Part shown: one piece after another, positions 42,230 to 56,772 of the stretch
Position numbering within the stretch: the first letter of the stretch is position 1
How the letters are laid out: every line of letters starts with the position of its first letter
Origin: Octopus sinensis
Taxonomy: Eukaryota
Direction of reading: 5' to 3'
Length of the DNA: 64,000 bases
Assembly: GCF_006345805.1 (NCBI RefSeq)
Contig: NC_043006.1
Coordinates: forward strand, 32,240,001 to 32,304,000
The notes under the pieces: generated by a model
What the model was told of the DNA's origin: nothing
Databases searched by the model: none
Seen by the model: the letters and a program-made list of their open reading frames with translations, nothing else
Program-made: the position numbers and the translations under genes

Positions 42230-42565
42230 CACACAGCTGCATCCTCGTTACACGAGAAAAGCCATTACCAAGAAGACTTACTGAAATGATTCATGATTAT
42301 TGCCATGTGATGCCCTTATATGACTTTTAAGCCCGGCCAAGCTTTTACACATTTTATTACATACTAGACAACTGTGCTGGCTGGCAGGAGAAGCAGGTGC
42401 CACCAGCCACCATAAGCACTCTCTTAACATGTATTTTAAGACCTCCAACTGAGAGGCACGCCCTTCCACATTTTACACACGTTCTGTTTTGAATTTTAAT
42501 AGCCACATCAGTGTTTACCATGGGTCTATTTCTATGAGAATTTTTAATTTGCATTTATTTCTCTT
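42230..42565 (-). mobile_element. 3' end of an RTE-like LINE with two C2H2-like fingers, embedded in (TATG)n
   Basis: CVKCGRACLSVGGLKIH and CLVCNKMCKSLAGLKSHIRASH, a short 3' UTR, then a tetranucleotide tail. Confidence 0.6.
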
Positions 42566-43057
42566 ACATACATACATACAAACATACATACATACATATA
42601 TACATACATATATACATACATATATACATACATATATACATACATACATACATACATACTTACATACACAGATCGATATACTACATACACAGTGCATATT
42701 TTCAATCAGTTCGATAAATCTATGGTAGCTTGGTGGCCAATATAATGGAGTGTAAACTTAATGGATCTGATGTTGGCAGCTGCACACAATCCTATTTTCA
42801 TGGAAAGTCGTAGTTATCTCATTTTGAGTTGGAGATGGCTGTGCAGTGAGAAATTGTTCTGGACCCAGCAAATGAGACGGATTGCCTAAGTACCAAGCTT
42901 TTAAAAAATAAGTACTGGGGTCGATTCGTTTAACTAGAAAGTCTTTCAAGGCAGTGTCCCCCAGCATGGCCGCAGTCTAATGACTGAGACAAGTAAAAAA
43001 TGCATGTACTATAAAATTTATGTAAAAATAAGCTCTAATATGACTCGATATATATTC

Positions 43058-43410
43058 TTTTATTCATTTACTTGTTTCAGTCATTAGACTGCGGCCTTGC
43101 TGGAGCACTGCCTTGAAGAATTTTAGTCAACGAATTGAAGTCTGCTGCTGAATCGTTTTCTTTTGCCAAATGGCTAAGTTACGGGACGTAAACACACCGT
43201 CACTGGTTCTCAAATGGTGTTGACAGACAAAAACCGACGCAAAAACACACACATACACACTGAGGGATACATGCATACCCCCCTCACAAAGCGGGTTTCT
43301 TTCAGTTTCTGCCTACCAAGGCTTTGGTCTGCCTGAGGCTATAGTATGAGCCACCTGCCTAAAGCCCCACATAGTGGGACTGAACCCTGAACCAAGTGGC
43401 TGGGAAGGAA
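43058..43410 (-). mobile_element. SINE family A, decayed
   Basis: Reverse-complement similarity to 53505-53920; further copies at 42890-43000 (+), 44655-45012 (-) and 52053-52235 (-). Confidence 0.75.
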
Positions 43411-43771
43411 ACTTCTTACCACACAGCCACATACATAAAAACAAATATTTGGGCATGTATGGGTGTATGTGTGTATATGAGTGTGTTCGCGTGTGGTTAT
43501 GGGTGCGTGTGTGCGTATATGTCTTTGGTGAGGTGGATGTGTATATATCTGTATTTGTGAGTGTTTCTGTGTGTAAATACCGAAAAGTATTTCTTGTACG
43601 ACACGACTATATTCGAGATATTCTTTCAAAGAATCGTTTATATTTTCTCATCGGTCTTTTAGATTTTGTTCCGTATTCTTAATTCCCGCTTCACCTGTTG
43701 TATAAATGTGAGTGAATTTATTCTTGTGGTGTTAAATCACATGGTTTATTAATTTTAAGGATATCTGTAAT

Positions 43772-44200
43772 CAGGGCCAGATTAAGGCCCATAGAAGCCC
43801 TAAGCACTTAAAAGATTTTGGTACCCTCAAGTATATGTAAACGGTTCAAAATGTAAACAAAAATAATTCAAAATATAAACAATAATAAACCATAAAATAA
43901 ATTTTTATTTTTCAGAATGAAACAAAATTCACAGCAAGATGGAAAATGATGTTTATTTTTGTATGCTTCCATTTTATTTGTATTTGAAAATTTTCTCGGT
44001 TTAAAAAAAAAAAATTGATTACAAAGTCTTCGATGATATTGTTAAAATTAATTTTACATAAAACTTCTGCTTCTATATTTAGTAGAGATAAGGCATTACG
44101 AATATTATTTTAGCATGTTTAAAGTGATTTCTTTCATGCCGTAAGCCATTTTCATTTCTGTGGTGCCCCGTCCCTTGATGCCATAAGCACGTGCTTATTT
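43772..44200 (-). mobile_element. hAT (Tip100-like) deletion derivative
   Basis: Terminus CAGGGCCAGATTAAG; internal NALSLLNIEAEVLCKINFNNIIEDF resembles the end of the hAT dimerisation domain. Confidence 0.6.
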
Positions 44201-45998
44201 TTCTGTCTGTAATTAACTAAGGAAATTTCCCCATTTAAAGCCGGTTAATGAACGAACGTTAAAAGAATTGTCTAAGAAGATAATATTTCATATATATGGT
44301 GTCCGTGTCTATCTCTATACATCATTAACCCATTAAGTCCCACTGTCCTATAAATAGGACACTAAATGAAAACCTTAAATAAGCTATATCACATTGTCTT
44401 AGTGTCCTATTTATAGGACACCGAGTATTTCCGTTTCTACTTAAAGTAAAGGAGTTTTAATAATAATTTTTTTCATTTAAACCTATTTTCAATCATCTGT
44501 AAAAATTTAAAAGTAATATTCAGAAATTTAAGTACTCTGGGAAAATAAATGAAGCAGAACACATTTATGATAATACAAAGCATAATATTAAAAATAAAAG
44601 GGAAAGCCCTCCGCATAATCATGAAACTGATTTGCTTAGAGCAACGGAAGAAGCTTGTTTCAATCATTAGACTGCGGCTATGCTAGGGCACCAACGTGAA
44701 GAATTTTTAGACGAATAAATCGACCTCAGTACTTATTTTTTAAGCTTGGTACTTACTCTATCGAATTGCTAAGTTACGGGGAGGTAAACGCACCGGTTGT
44801 CAAGCAGTGGTGGAGGAAAATCACAAAGAAAGACACACACACATAAATATACAGGGTTCTTTCAGTTTACGTCTGCCAATTCCACGTAAAAGGCTTTGGT
44901 CGGCCAAAGGCTATAATAGAAGACACCTTCTCATGGTCCCTTGTAGAGGGCCTGAACTCGAGACTACGTGATTAGGAAGCAAACATTTTACCACACAGCC
45001 ATGCCTGCACCTATCCATAATCTCATCTCTAAATTAAATATACGTCTTTTTCCCTCCCTCTCTCTCCTCTCTCCCTCCCACTTACTCTCTTTCTGATTGA
45101 AAATGAGGAAGATAATCGTCAACTTCCTCCTTGGTGAACTACACGTAAAGAAGATCGATAATTGATTATCGAACACTTTGAGCTAATGACACACAATATG
45201 TCAAATCAAGCTGCGTCTACATGTTATGAAATATTAAACAGGAAATGCATAAATAGCTTATTGTTTGAGGCCACTTACGTCTATGATAATTTAAAGGAAA
45301 CGAAAGAAAACCATATCCCTTCGTAATACAACTACTTCACACTCGCGCGCGCGCGCGCACACACACACTCACACTCAGATACACACATACACTGACAGAC
45401 AGACACATACACACATATGCATCTTTATATATAATCACAAAATAAATAGTCAGAAATAATAAAAGACATATAGCAAAACAAACAAAAACGAAAATGAATC
45501 ACTAAAGATTTTGGCAAATTAGATTCGACGCATTTTGTATGCATACAGGCGTGTATGCATGTTGTACGCATTTTCTGTTTTTAATTTTTAATTGAAGTTT
45601 TCCTGTAAAGAAGGAGATGATTTCTAGCAAAGATACAAAGCGCTGCAGCTGGAATATTATAAACAAAAAACAAATTCAAGTTTTGAACTTGAGAAAATCT
45701 TGCTCGGAATAGTAAGTTTTTAGTATTCCGCTTACAGATTTTATTTGCAATTTGCGTGTAAGATGTTTGGTTTCCCTTTCCGAAAGCCCAAGCTTTTCCA
45801 GATTGTCACTTGGCCATTTGCTTACGAAACCAAGTGCAACAGTTGTTGTTGGTATAAATGTGAAATTATAATCTCGCTATAGAAACTGAACTTTTTGCAC
45901 GCAGAGACGCATGCATTTATGTATGTATGTATGTATGTATGTATGTATGTATGTAGTATGTATGTATGTATGTATGTATGTATGCATTATGTATTATG

Positions 45999-46029
<31 letters not shown>

Positions 46030-46747
46030 GCATTATGTATGTATGTTGACTGCTCATGAGCTCTTCCGCCCTTTGATAGGTCTTATTTTTCATCCTGTAG
46101 GGTGACCAACAATCACCCTCCTCACCAAGCAAGCTTGATGGGGTGGCCAGTTTAGTCGCCGACGACCCGATCATGCAACAGGTGTTACTAGGTTATATGT
46201 TACCAGTAGCACCCACGGGTGACATGAGATATGTGTACTATATGTGTACATATGAATGTATGTATGGGCGGAGACGTGGAAATACCTGAGTTGGTATCCA
46301 GGCACGAGTTTGGCCCACTGTGGTGGTGGTGGTGGGGGGGGGGGAGCTCTGTTGTTTTCCTCTGTAGGAGAGGGAAACTCCGAGAGAAAACCTGCGACAC
46401 TGACAATATTCGATGATGTAGACTAGTTCTTCTTTTCGAGTTTATGTCGTCCATGTTCAGAGAGTGGGATTGGATTTGTACAAATCTTTTCCCCGCTATA
46501 AACAATCATCATGCACAGGCATCGCTTGAAAAGAAAGTAAGGTCTAACACAAAGATGGCTGGTCAAAGCCTTCGCATGTGTCGGACTTTCGATCAGGCGA
46601 TGGCAGTACTCGAATACGAAGAGTTGTTAACGTTTCGAGCATGGCTCTTCGTCGGAAACAGGAGAGTCCAAAGAGAAAGAAGGAAAAATAAGGAAAAATC
46701 GCCAACAGTCCACGTACCCTTACATTTCTGAATGTATATATATATAT

Positions 46748-46885
46748 TTAATCAGCCGAAATTGCTAAGATGATCTGGTTCTTGACTGATGACTGAGGGC
46801 TTCGAATGTCCCGTCCTGTGGTTCTTGTGTCGTCTCTGTGGTGTTTCATGTTCTTGTCCATGTCTGTAATTATTTTTACTGTTTA

Positions 46886-46890
<5 letters not shown>
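46748..46890 (+). mobile_element. Diverged, 5'-truncated copy of the permuted-HHR repeat
   Basis: TTAATCAGCC-GAAA-TTGCTA..TCTTGA-CTGATGA-CTGA; lacks the cleavage-site strand; flanked by (TA)n. Confidence 0.7.
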
Positions 46891-46955
<65 letters not shown>

Positions 46956-48559
46956 CATACATATACATATATACAATATGATCACCATTTTTACGTATAT
47001 ATATACATAGGCATATCAATCTTTATATTCGACATAGCGTGGCAGTACTGTAAGAACGCCGTAATACTGCAGTATTCGTTTTGGAAGACCATAGCGTATA
47101 GGCATTTAGTGCTTCAAAGCACAAACATGTATCGCAGACGAAAATTGTCTATCACCGGTGGTGGAACTACTACATCACGTGATTTCAGAGACTTTGAAGT
47201 CCCGAAGTTGGAAAGTCCGACGAAATATAGCATAGCAGTTCGAAGTCATTGTCACCATGCTTATGCTTGTTGAAAAATTGTGTGTCCTCTGCAAAAGTAG
47301 TGAGTAATTCTACAGTTTAATGTTCAATTGTTTTTATTATAACTTAGCATAAAAACAAACATTCTGTGTGTGATTTAACATGCAGTGTACATTGGCCGAG
47401 TCAGTTTTTCTCCAGGTTTGAAAGAACGAGAGAAGGAAGAAGAGATAAATGAATAGACCCCAAATGCTGAATTGGTCTATTATAGACTCCCCCCAAAAAG
47501 ACAAATTTGATCTCGACATAGTTCGAACTCAGTGAACAGAGAAGTGGAAAGAATTGTCTATTCAACTCGCTAACGGCTCTGCCAGTTTACCTCTTAGTTG
47601 AGTGGAAGAAACCCAAGGGACAGGCTATTCTATATTAATTCGTAAAGGTATTTCTACGCATTTTTTTAACGCGTGTAACGATTTAAAAATATATATTATT
47701 GCATAAATTCTTTTAAAAGAATGTTCGTCTTGCTCAATTTGCACAGGATAATGTACATTTACATAATCTTGTGCGCGTGTGTATGTGCGTGTGGTACGTG
47801 TATGTGCGTGTGGTACGTGTGTGTGTGTGTGTGTGCGCGGGTATGTATGTATGTTTGGTATAAGTGCACTAAATAGCGATTTGTTCATTCCTAGTTTCTA
47901 ATTAAGACATTTAAAATTGATATTTTAAATATACATTTTATGACAATTCAGCACAATCTAATGAATTTGATTTCGAGAAAACGTTGTTATAACTTAATTA
48001 ATACAAATCAACACCTAATTACGTAACACAGATACAAAGAAACGCTAGAACCAGAATTCAGTTTCTCTTTATTTAATCAGAATTAGATTTTCGTTAGCTT
48101 TAATTAATAATTAATTTAAGTCTAGATGACATTATAAACAGTAACTTGAGGCGGAAAAGAGCAACTGCTTATACCAATACTACACACATGTTAATTCAAA
48201 TGAGGGGCTAGTTTGGACGGATATATGTTTTTTTCGTAAAATTAACTGTATTTCATTGGTTATTTAATGATGATACGCCCTCCTAATAAGAATAAACAGG
48301 CCGTCGGTTACACCGACGAGCATTCCAGTTGATCCGAACAATGGAACAGCCAGCTCGTGAAATTAACGTGCAAGTGGCTGAGCATTCCACAAACTTAACA
48401 TAGTTCGCAGGGAGATTCAGTGCGACACAATGTGACAAGGCTGGTCCTTTGAATTACAGGTACAAGTAATTGTTGTCAGCTAAGTAAACTGGAACAACGT
48501 GGATTGAAGTGTCTTGCTCAAGGACAGAGTTCACATCTATTCTGCTAGCTCGCCGCCTT

Positions 48560-48797
48560 ATACCTATTTCTTTATTATCCACAAGGGGCTAAACACAGAG
48601 AGGACAAACAAGGACAGACAAACGGATTAAGTCGATTATATCGACCCCAGTGCGTAACTGGTACTTATTTAATCGACCCTGAAAGGATGAAAGGCAAAGT
48701 CGACCTCGGCGGAATTTGAACTCAGAACGTAAAGACAGACGAAATACTGCTTAGCATTTCGCCCGTTGTGCTAACGTTTCTGCCAGCTCGCTGCCTT
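48560..48797 (-). mobile_element. SINE family B, well preserved, nested among other SINE fragments (48300-49010)
   Basis: A/B-box head and the conserved body shared with several copies in the window. Confidence 0.8.
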
Positions 48798-50526
48798 ATA
48801 CCATCCTAATATTGCTAATATTGATTTCCGATTTTGGCACAAGGCCAGCAATTTCGGGGAGCGGAGTAAGTGAATTACATCAATCCCCCGGTGTTCAACT
48901 GCCTCTTATTTTATCGACCCCGAAAGGATGAAAGACAAAGTTAGCCTTGGCGGAATTTGATCTCAGAACGTTCAGACGGAAATACCAGCTAACGATTCTA
49001 CCAGCTGTCTTTTAAGTCATTATTATCTATAAATTAATAATTTATGTTCACATAATCTTTTAACTTCAAAGCTCTACTATTTCGTTTTGCCTGAAAATTG
49101 CCGCTTGGTCTCAAGTGCTCATCATTAAGCAAATAAATGTTAAATTTTCACATTGGAGAATAATTTGTTTATTTCAGGATATGGTTCGCATGATTCCAAT
49201 TCGTGACTGGTACCCAATTTATTGGTCCCAGAAGGGGAGAGAGACATCAACACGAACATCGTTCACATCTTCCTGGTCTTTGGTTTATACGACACGAAAG
49301 CTCTTATCTCGTAACTATTGATTGCTCACGCCGCTAGAAGACAAGTATGGGTGGTATATGGCTGATTTAGGTGATTACTGGTTTGACTCATTCGAGCGTC
49401 GGACAAAATACAGTTTCGTTTCTATTTCTGCCAACTGCATTCAGAGTTCAAATCCATGAAATATTAAGTTTGCATTTCATACTTCTATTTCGGCTCATAG
49501 ACTGGAGGGAACAAAAGAGTGTCGGATGGGATATCTTGTCATATTTCTTCCTTCCCACTGCGTTCTGCGTTCAAATCCGATCACGGACTACTTGGGTGGC
49601 AGACTTAATTCTTTACTCAATTTAACACCACCAACTCTACCATGACCACAATCTGGCAACTTGGAAGACTTTAACGGAGTTCATTCTTTCTAGCATTCGA
49701 GCCAGTCCCCAGTTTAAAGATATCTTCATTTTTTTTCTTTTCCCCATTATCGGTATCCTGTAAAGGGCCAGATTTTCCCTTCTGACAAAAGAACAAAAGA
49801 GAATCGACTGCGGTGCATGTTTTCTTTGACATTGGAAGGATGGAGATGGAATCAGAAACCTTAAGAGGTGAAAATAGACATTTATAAAATAACACAAAGA
49901 ACTTTTTAGGGCACTGCACCGATCCCTCTATCGCATGGTACAAAGCGAAAAGTATAATAATTTTTTAAAACTATTTCAGTAGATGACTGATTTTTTTTCT
50001 GTAATGGAAGTTAGAAAAAAGAAAGGCAAAATCGAACAACACAAAACGTAAAACACAATCTTCCTCTATGTGGTGTTTCAAAATGCTCGATATAGCAGCT
50101 AAATCTCCAAGAAACTATTTAATTATTTGGTCCATATTCAAGAAAGAAAACATGCATTTCGGTCAAAATGGAACATGGTTGAATATAATGAGAGAGGAAT
50201 ATTAAACAAATATGGCTTCTTAATGGGAAGATACCAAGAAAGCACTTAATGGTTGGTTATTAATATTCTGCAGAGTGACACGAGATACTCATGTTTTACA
50301 GAAGCTGCTCACCTGAATTATTAAAAGCAATAAAGACCTTAAATATGGCGTGCCAAAACTGCACGAGAAGCTTTTAGACAGAAAAACTGCTTCGTCAAAG
50401 TAATCCTGCATAGATACTTATATATATAAATGCATACATACATACAATCATGCATTCATGCATACATACCTGCCTGCTTATCTACCTACCTATATACTTA
50501 CCATTATACATACATACATACATACA

Positions 50527-50557
<31 letters not shown>

Positions 50558-50838
50558 GTACATATATACATACATACAAACATACATACATACATACATA
50601 CATACAAACATACATATGTACATACATACATACATACATATGTACATACATACATATGTACATACATACATATATGCATACATACATACATATGTACATA
50701 CATACATACATACAAACATACATACATGCATACATGCATACATACATGCATACATACATACAAACATACATATGTACATACATACATACATGCATGCATA
50801 CATACATATGTACATACATACATACATACATACATACA

Positions 50839-50869
<31 letters not shown>

Positions 50870-50899
50870 GTACATACATACATATGTACATACATACAT

Positions 50900-51560
50900 A
50901 ATGGCGCCGTCAAAATCGGACGTGCAGGTGTGGAGGACCTGAAATAATGATTTGGTATAGAGAAGGGAAACTGTGTACAGTTGAAATTAGCTACCCAGGA
51001 AAAAGAGAACACCTATGTTGAACTATTGATAAATCTGTAGTTACTCTATCCAGATTAGAAGTTCAGGTTTATACCTGTAATTATTGGGACTCTGGCATAT
51101 GTAACACACTACCTAAATATCAATCTTGAGAAATTAGGCTTCTCAGAACCAGAAAGAAGAAAACTAATTCGGAGACTACAGATCCAGTCCATCACTGGAA
51201 CTGTAAAAATCTGTAAAACTTTCCAGAAGTTTATCATTTAAATATATACCAGCAGTCTAGATATGCAACTATATGCAAGGGAATACATACATAAAACATA
51301 CATACATACATACATACATACATACATACATACATACTACATACATACATACATACATACACACGTACATACATACATACATGCATACATACATACATAC
51401 ATACATACATACATACATACATACACACATACATACATACATGCATACAAAGAAAAAGATCCTGTTGTTGATGCTGCGATTCCAATCAAGGAATCTTGGA
51501 TCTCGGTTAGAAACTGGTTCTTTCGCTATTGATAAATCTTGAAACAGAACTGAATAACGA
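50900..51560 (+). mobile_element. 3' end of an RLE-type (R4-like) non-LTR element embedded in (CATA)n
   Basis: PEIMIWYREGKLCTVEISYP..EKENTYVELL..FIPVIIGTL..LQIQSITGTVKICKTFQKFII*; the 3' segment 51445-51560 recurs at 35890-36010, also between (CATA)n tracts. Confidence 0.7.
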
Positions 51561-51619
51561 TACATACATACATACATACATACATACATACATACATACA
51601 TACATACATACATACATAC

Positions 51620-51685
<66 letters not shown>

Positions 51686-53504
51686 AAGAGATAGATGATA
51701 GATGGAGCTTATGTGGTTTGTGTTTTGTATGCAGCATCTGTTCTACTATTTATAATTTATAGATATTTAAAAATAAGGAAATATGTAAAATTGGCTAAAA
51801 AAAGAACAAAAACACAAAACAAAACAAAGCAAAAACAATTGAATTACATTTGAATTCGAAATGAGTTTTTTCTTTGTTGCCTTCATTGAACGTCTGGCAC
51901 ACTTCGACACAATATTCTCATTTGAATAAAACTAAATATATTTCTATACAGTATGAATTAATTATAATTAATTATATAGTATGAATTAATTATATTTACA
52001 TTCCTTTTAACCTGTTAGCCTTCAGATTACTCTGTCAAATGTAATATTTTGCTTTATTTCTTTTACTTGTTTCAGTCGTTTGACTGCGGGCTTGCTGGAG
52101 CACCGTCTGGAAGAATCTTTAGCTGAATGAATCGTCTTCAGTACTTATTAAAACCTGGTACTTATTCTATCGGAAACTTTTGCCGAACTGCTAAGTTACA
52201 AGAAAGTAAACACATCAACACCAGTTATCAAGTGGTTTTCTTTTTCGACTTACTTGGATGGATAAGAAGATATGTCCATGGGTTTTGAAGGGCCTCTCCG
52301 GTGACTGGGATCTGTAGGGATTATATCTAGGTTGAATATCTGTGGTTGGTCTCTGCATGAAATACGTGAGTTGAGAAGGAATATGTAAGAGTTACAGTTG
52401 CAGTTCTGCAGGGAAAGGATTTGATTAGGGGCTTAGAGAAGAAATCTGGGCGGTGAAACACAACAAAGGTGAGCGTGGTGGTGGTTGTGGTGGGAGAAGT
52501 ATTTGATGTGCCTGGTTGGATTTGGTAAGGAGCAAGGGATTGTAGAGGTAAGGAGAAAACATTGTAGTAAATGTAGAAGAGGTAGGGAGAGAGAGAGAGG
52601 GATTTTGAGGGAGAGAAAAAAGGAGAGAGAAAGAGGGAGAGAGAAAGAGAGGGAGAGAGAGAAAAGAAGAGAGAGGGAGAGAGTGAGAGAGAGAAGGAGA
52701 GAGAGAAAGGAGAGAGAATGAGAGTAAGAAAGAGAAGGAGAGAGAGAAAAGGAGAGAGAATGAGAGTGAGAAAGAGAGGGAGAGAAGAGAGAGAGAAAGA
52801 GAAGAGAGAGGGGGAGAGAGTGAGAGTGAGAGAGAGGGAGAGAAAGAGAAAGAAAGAGAGGGAGAGAGAAAGAGAGGGAAAGAAAGAGAGAGAGAGGGAG
52901 AGAGCGAAAGGGAAAGAGAGAGGGAGAGAGTGGGAGTGAAAGAGACAGAGAGAGAAAGAGAGGGAGGAAGGGAGGGAGGGAGGGAGAAAAGCTGACAAAA
53001 ATATGTCGGTTAGCTGATAGTGCAGACATGGGTAACGTGCGGCCCGCGAAGCTTTCTGAATGGCTCGCCAAAGAAAAATAACAAAAAACAATATTCGCCA
53101 TCGTCAGACAACCGTGAAATTTCCAACGTGCCTCAGATTCGATCTACAACAATCCAAATATTCAAGAGCGTTGCAATTAGCATCTCTACGCGGGACACTT
53201 AACTCAACGAAAGAAATGTATTGATTTAAGGTTCAATTTCCGATTCCACTGCTTAAAACGATTTGCGATAATTCAGCGCTTGTAAACACACGTGGTATTC
53301 GTGTAAGGTTGTCTAGCAGGATTAACAGAATTTTCGAAGTATAAATGTGAAAAGTGCTCTGTTTTTTTTTAATTTAAATTTTTGATGTCAAAGCTGATGA
53401 CTTCATCGAAAAAGAAAAAAAGGAATGATTTCTGAAGAAATGACAAAATTCCAGGGAAAGTGGACAAATGATTATATATTTGTTGAAGTAAAAAATAAAC
53501 CAAT

Positions 53505-53920
53505 GTACGCAGGAGTGGCTGTGTGTTAAGTAGCTTGCTTACCAACCACATGGTTCCGGGCTCAGTCCCACTGCATGGCACGTTGGGCAAGTGTCTTCTA
53601 CTATAGCCTAGGGTCAACCAAAGCCTTGTGAGTGGATTTGATAGACGGAAACTGAAAGAAGCCCGTCGCATATATGTATATATATATATGTGCGTGTGTG
53701 TTTGTGTGTCTGTGTTTGTCCCCCTAGTATTGCTTGACAACCGATGCTGGTGTGTTTATGTCCCCGTAACTTAGCGGTTCAGCAAAAGAGATCTATAGCA
53801 TAAGTACTGCGCTTACAAAGAATAAGTCCCGGGGTTGAGTTGCTCGATTAAAGGTGGTGCTCCAGCATGGCCGCAGTCAAATGACTGAAACAAGTAAAAG
53901 AGTAAAAGAGTAAAGAGTAA
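53505..53920 (+). mobile_element. Full-length tRNA-derived SINE (family A)
   Basis: GTGGCTGTGTGTT A box, GGCTCAGTCCC B box, internal TA/TG tract, (AAAGAGT)n tail. Confidence 0.85.
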
Positions 53921-53929
53921 GAGCAATGT

Positions 53930-55365
53930 GTTTAATATGTTTTCAATCTATCTCCGCTCTTAAAGAATTGACTATTAAGCGGTACTACACTTCAAAACAT
54001 TGGTGATACGATAAATTTAAATGAGACATTAGACAGCAAAAAAATCGAATCCCTCAAGAAACAGATCGGCAGCCTAAATACGCTCTTTTCCAAAAAACAA
54101 ACCAGACTGAAAGAAATTGCACATGTTAGCTATGTTGTCAGTGAAAAAGCGGCAAAACATTCCCAAAATTATTCCGATGGGGAATTTGTAAAAGAATGTC
54201 CTTTTGTCAGTGGCTGAAATTTTGTGTCCGGAAAAGTTATGTATGTTTGACAAGATTAGTTTGTCTTGCAGGACAATAACAAGACGACTTAAAGAAATTG
54301 CAGCAGAGACTTTGATTCTTTTTCACTGGCTATCGACAAAAGCTCGGACATATCCGATTTGACTCAACTGGCAATTTTCATACATGGTATTGATAAGTCA
54401 TTTAATATCATTGAAGAATTGCTTAGCGTTCAGGCAATGAAAGACACAGTTACAGGATATAACATTTGTGAAGAAGTGAAGAAAGCAGCCTCGACTTTGA
54501 ATTGCCCGCTTGAATGACTCACCAATAATGGTTGGGTCTAAGATAGGTTATCTTGCCAAATTAAAAGAAGAATGAACTTATTTGAATTTAGCAAACAGTA
54601 ACTTTGCAACCATCCATTGCGTGTGGTTGTTTCAACTATCAATTTTATAAAATCTCGAGCACTTAACCATCGCCAGTTTAAAGAGTTCTTATTGAGCCTT
54701 TGTGCCTAATAAAGAAATAAGTTTAAATAGTTCTTAGAAGAACTTGAATCAGAGTATGGTTAACTTGTTTACTACTTTGCAGTTCGTTGGCTAAGTAAAG
54801 GGAAGTTGTCTCAACGATTTTATAGCCCGAGAGAAGAGGTACGTACCTTAGGAAGGAAAGGTAAATTTGTTCCCGAGCTGAAAAATGATAACTAGATTTG
54901 TGGCCTTGCATTCCTCGTGGATATAACTACACATTTAAATGATTTCAATTTAAAATTGCAAAAACAAAATCAGTTAATTCATAAAATAGTATTCTCTTGT
55001 CAAAGCTTTAAAAAAAAACTTCAAATTTGGGAGCATCCACTCAGAACTGGTGATGCTTTCCATTTCCCCACACTAGCCATTTGCGGGTCAACGTCTAGAT
55101 ATGAAAATTTTGCTGTGGAGTTAAATGATCTAGAAAAAGAACTGAACACCAGATTTAATAACTTCAGAGCTAGAGAAGCTGATTTTAATCTTTTCGGAAA
55201 TCACTTTAACGCTGGTGTTGAAAAAGTTCGAAAGGAATTGCAAATGGATCTAATTGAGCTTCAGAGTGATGAATTTCTTCGGCAAAAGTTTAAAGGGGAA
55301 TCTTTGATGCATTTATATGGAATTCTGCCAGAAGAAAACTATCCGAGATTAGTTGTACTTTGCTA
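53930..55365 (+). pseudogene. Decayed hAT transposase (Charlie/SPIN, GTF2IRD2-like)
   Basis: IKRYYTSKH, YSDGEFVKEC, FSLAIDKSSDISDLTQLAIFI, NFIKSRALNHRQFKEFL, VRWLSKG, LAFLVDITTHLNDFNLKLQ, LQMDLIELQ. Confidence 0.88.
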
Positions 55366-55878
55366 GAAAATTATAAAGTCGAAAAGGAAATAAAAATCTG
55401 AAAATCGGCTATAATAATGTAGTCTTCCAGTCTCATTGCTATGAAGGTATGATGTTGTGGAGAAAAAAATTGGAGGGAAAAGTTACAGAAGTTTAAAAAT
55501 CGGAGAAACTCTGTATTTTTAGCCAATTTTCTGAGTTTAGCGGAGCGGTGTCAACTTTAAGGTTGTACCCTGTGAAATTTATAGTTTAGCATGTGTGACA
55601 TGACCTGTTCATTGTAGGTTTCTAAATAAACAGAAATACCAAATAAAGTCAATGTGTATCATCTTCCTGTTTCTTTTGTCTCTTCATTGATTGTATGTTT
55701 TTATTATATTTTAAAAATTTGTTATATTAATATATTTGTCTGGATGTGTTTACTTTGTGCGTATTTCAGTATTATGTATACCTATCATGTATTTGTGTAC
55801 ATCATTAATATATAAATGCATGTGTGTGTATGTATTCATATATAAGTTTATATGTACATTTATGCATTCATTTATGTG

Positions 55879-55926
<48 letters not shown>

Positions 55927-56589
55927 AAAAATATATGAACAACGTACGGCACAGACAACAGTGAAGGGAACCACAACACAGCGTGCGGTTGTCACGGTAA
56001 CAAGCTGCTAATGCTGCGCTATCGGTTGATTAGCTAAAATCACCCAAATTTCCCAACTTTAATTCCAAATGACAACAGATTCTTTAACTTAGGAGATATA
56101 TCAATTGGTTGATTGTAATCAAAATTCAGAGTTGCATCGATACGCCACAATTGAAAGCAATCTGAGCAAAATTAAGGATAGGGGCTCATTTTGCGAAGGG
56201 AAAAAGACAAGATCCGAATTTTGCAACCCTTCGTTGAAAGTAAGGTTTGCAGTATTTAAATATTGGCGATATTAACATGTTTTGTTTCAAAAACAAATGT
56301 TTATAATAATTCTTTCCTCTGGGGAAAGATTTTTAGCGCTAATTTACATATCAGAATAATAAAATCTACCATTACATAAAAGTGAAATCTTTCTGATTTT
56401 TATTACCGCAACTTTTCAGTCGTAATTTATCTTTCTATTATTTTTACGACCGAGGAAAACAACGTATACGAATTCTGAAGAAACAAATCAAAACAACCTG
56501 TGTTACCATCCTTTTTTTTTAAAATGTGGGCACGAATGCAAATTAGCGCTTGCAGCCCTCCTGATGATGAGTCCTATCTCATGCAGCTT

Positions 56590-56720
56590 ATTTACATTAT
56601 TTACATTATTTACATTTGACGGATATTTGTCCTCATCTTGTTTGTTGTTAACGCAACGTTTTGGCTGATATACACCTCCAGCCTTCATCACCTGGGTTCT
56701 CATTCCTTAGGTATTTTCGA

Positions 56721-56772
<52 letters not shown>

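Noticed and set aside
42278-42554. Host C2H2 zinc-finger gene
   Set aside because: The fingers are split by a frameshift, lack TGEKP linkers and end in a microsatellite tail; this fits a LINE 3' end.
49640-49950. Possible L1/Tx1 3' remnant (also a possible LINE endonuclease remnant at 62770-63440)
   Set aside because: No diagnostic motif can be read with confidence.
54917-55366. Domesticated GTF2IRD2/ZBED-like gene
   Set aside because: Multiple stops, frameshifts and deletions indicate a decayed hAT copy.
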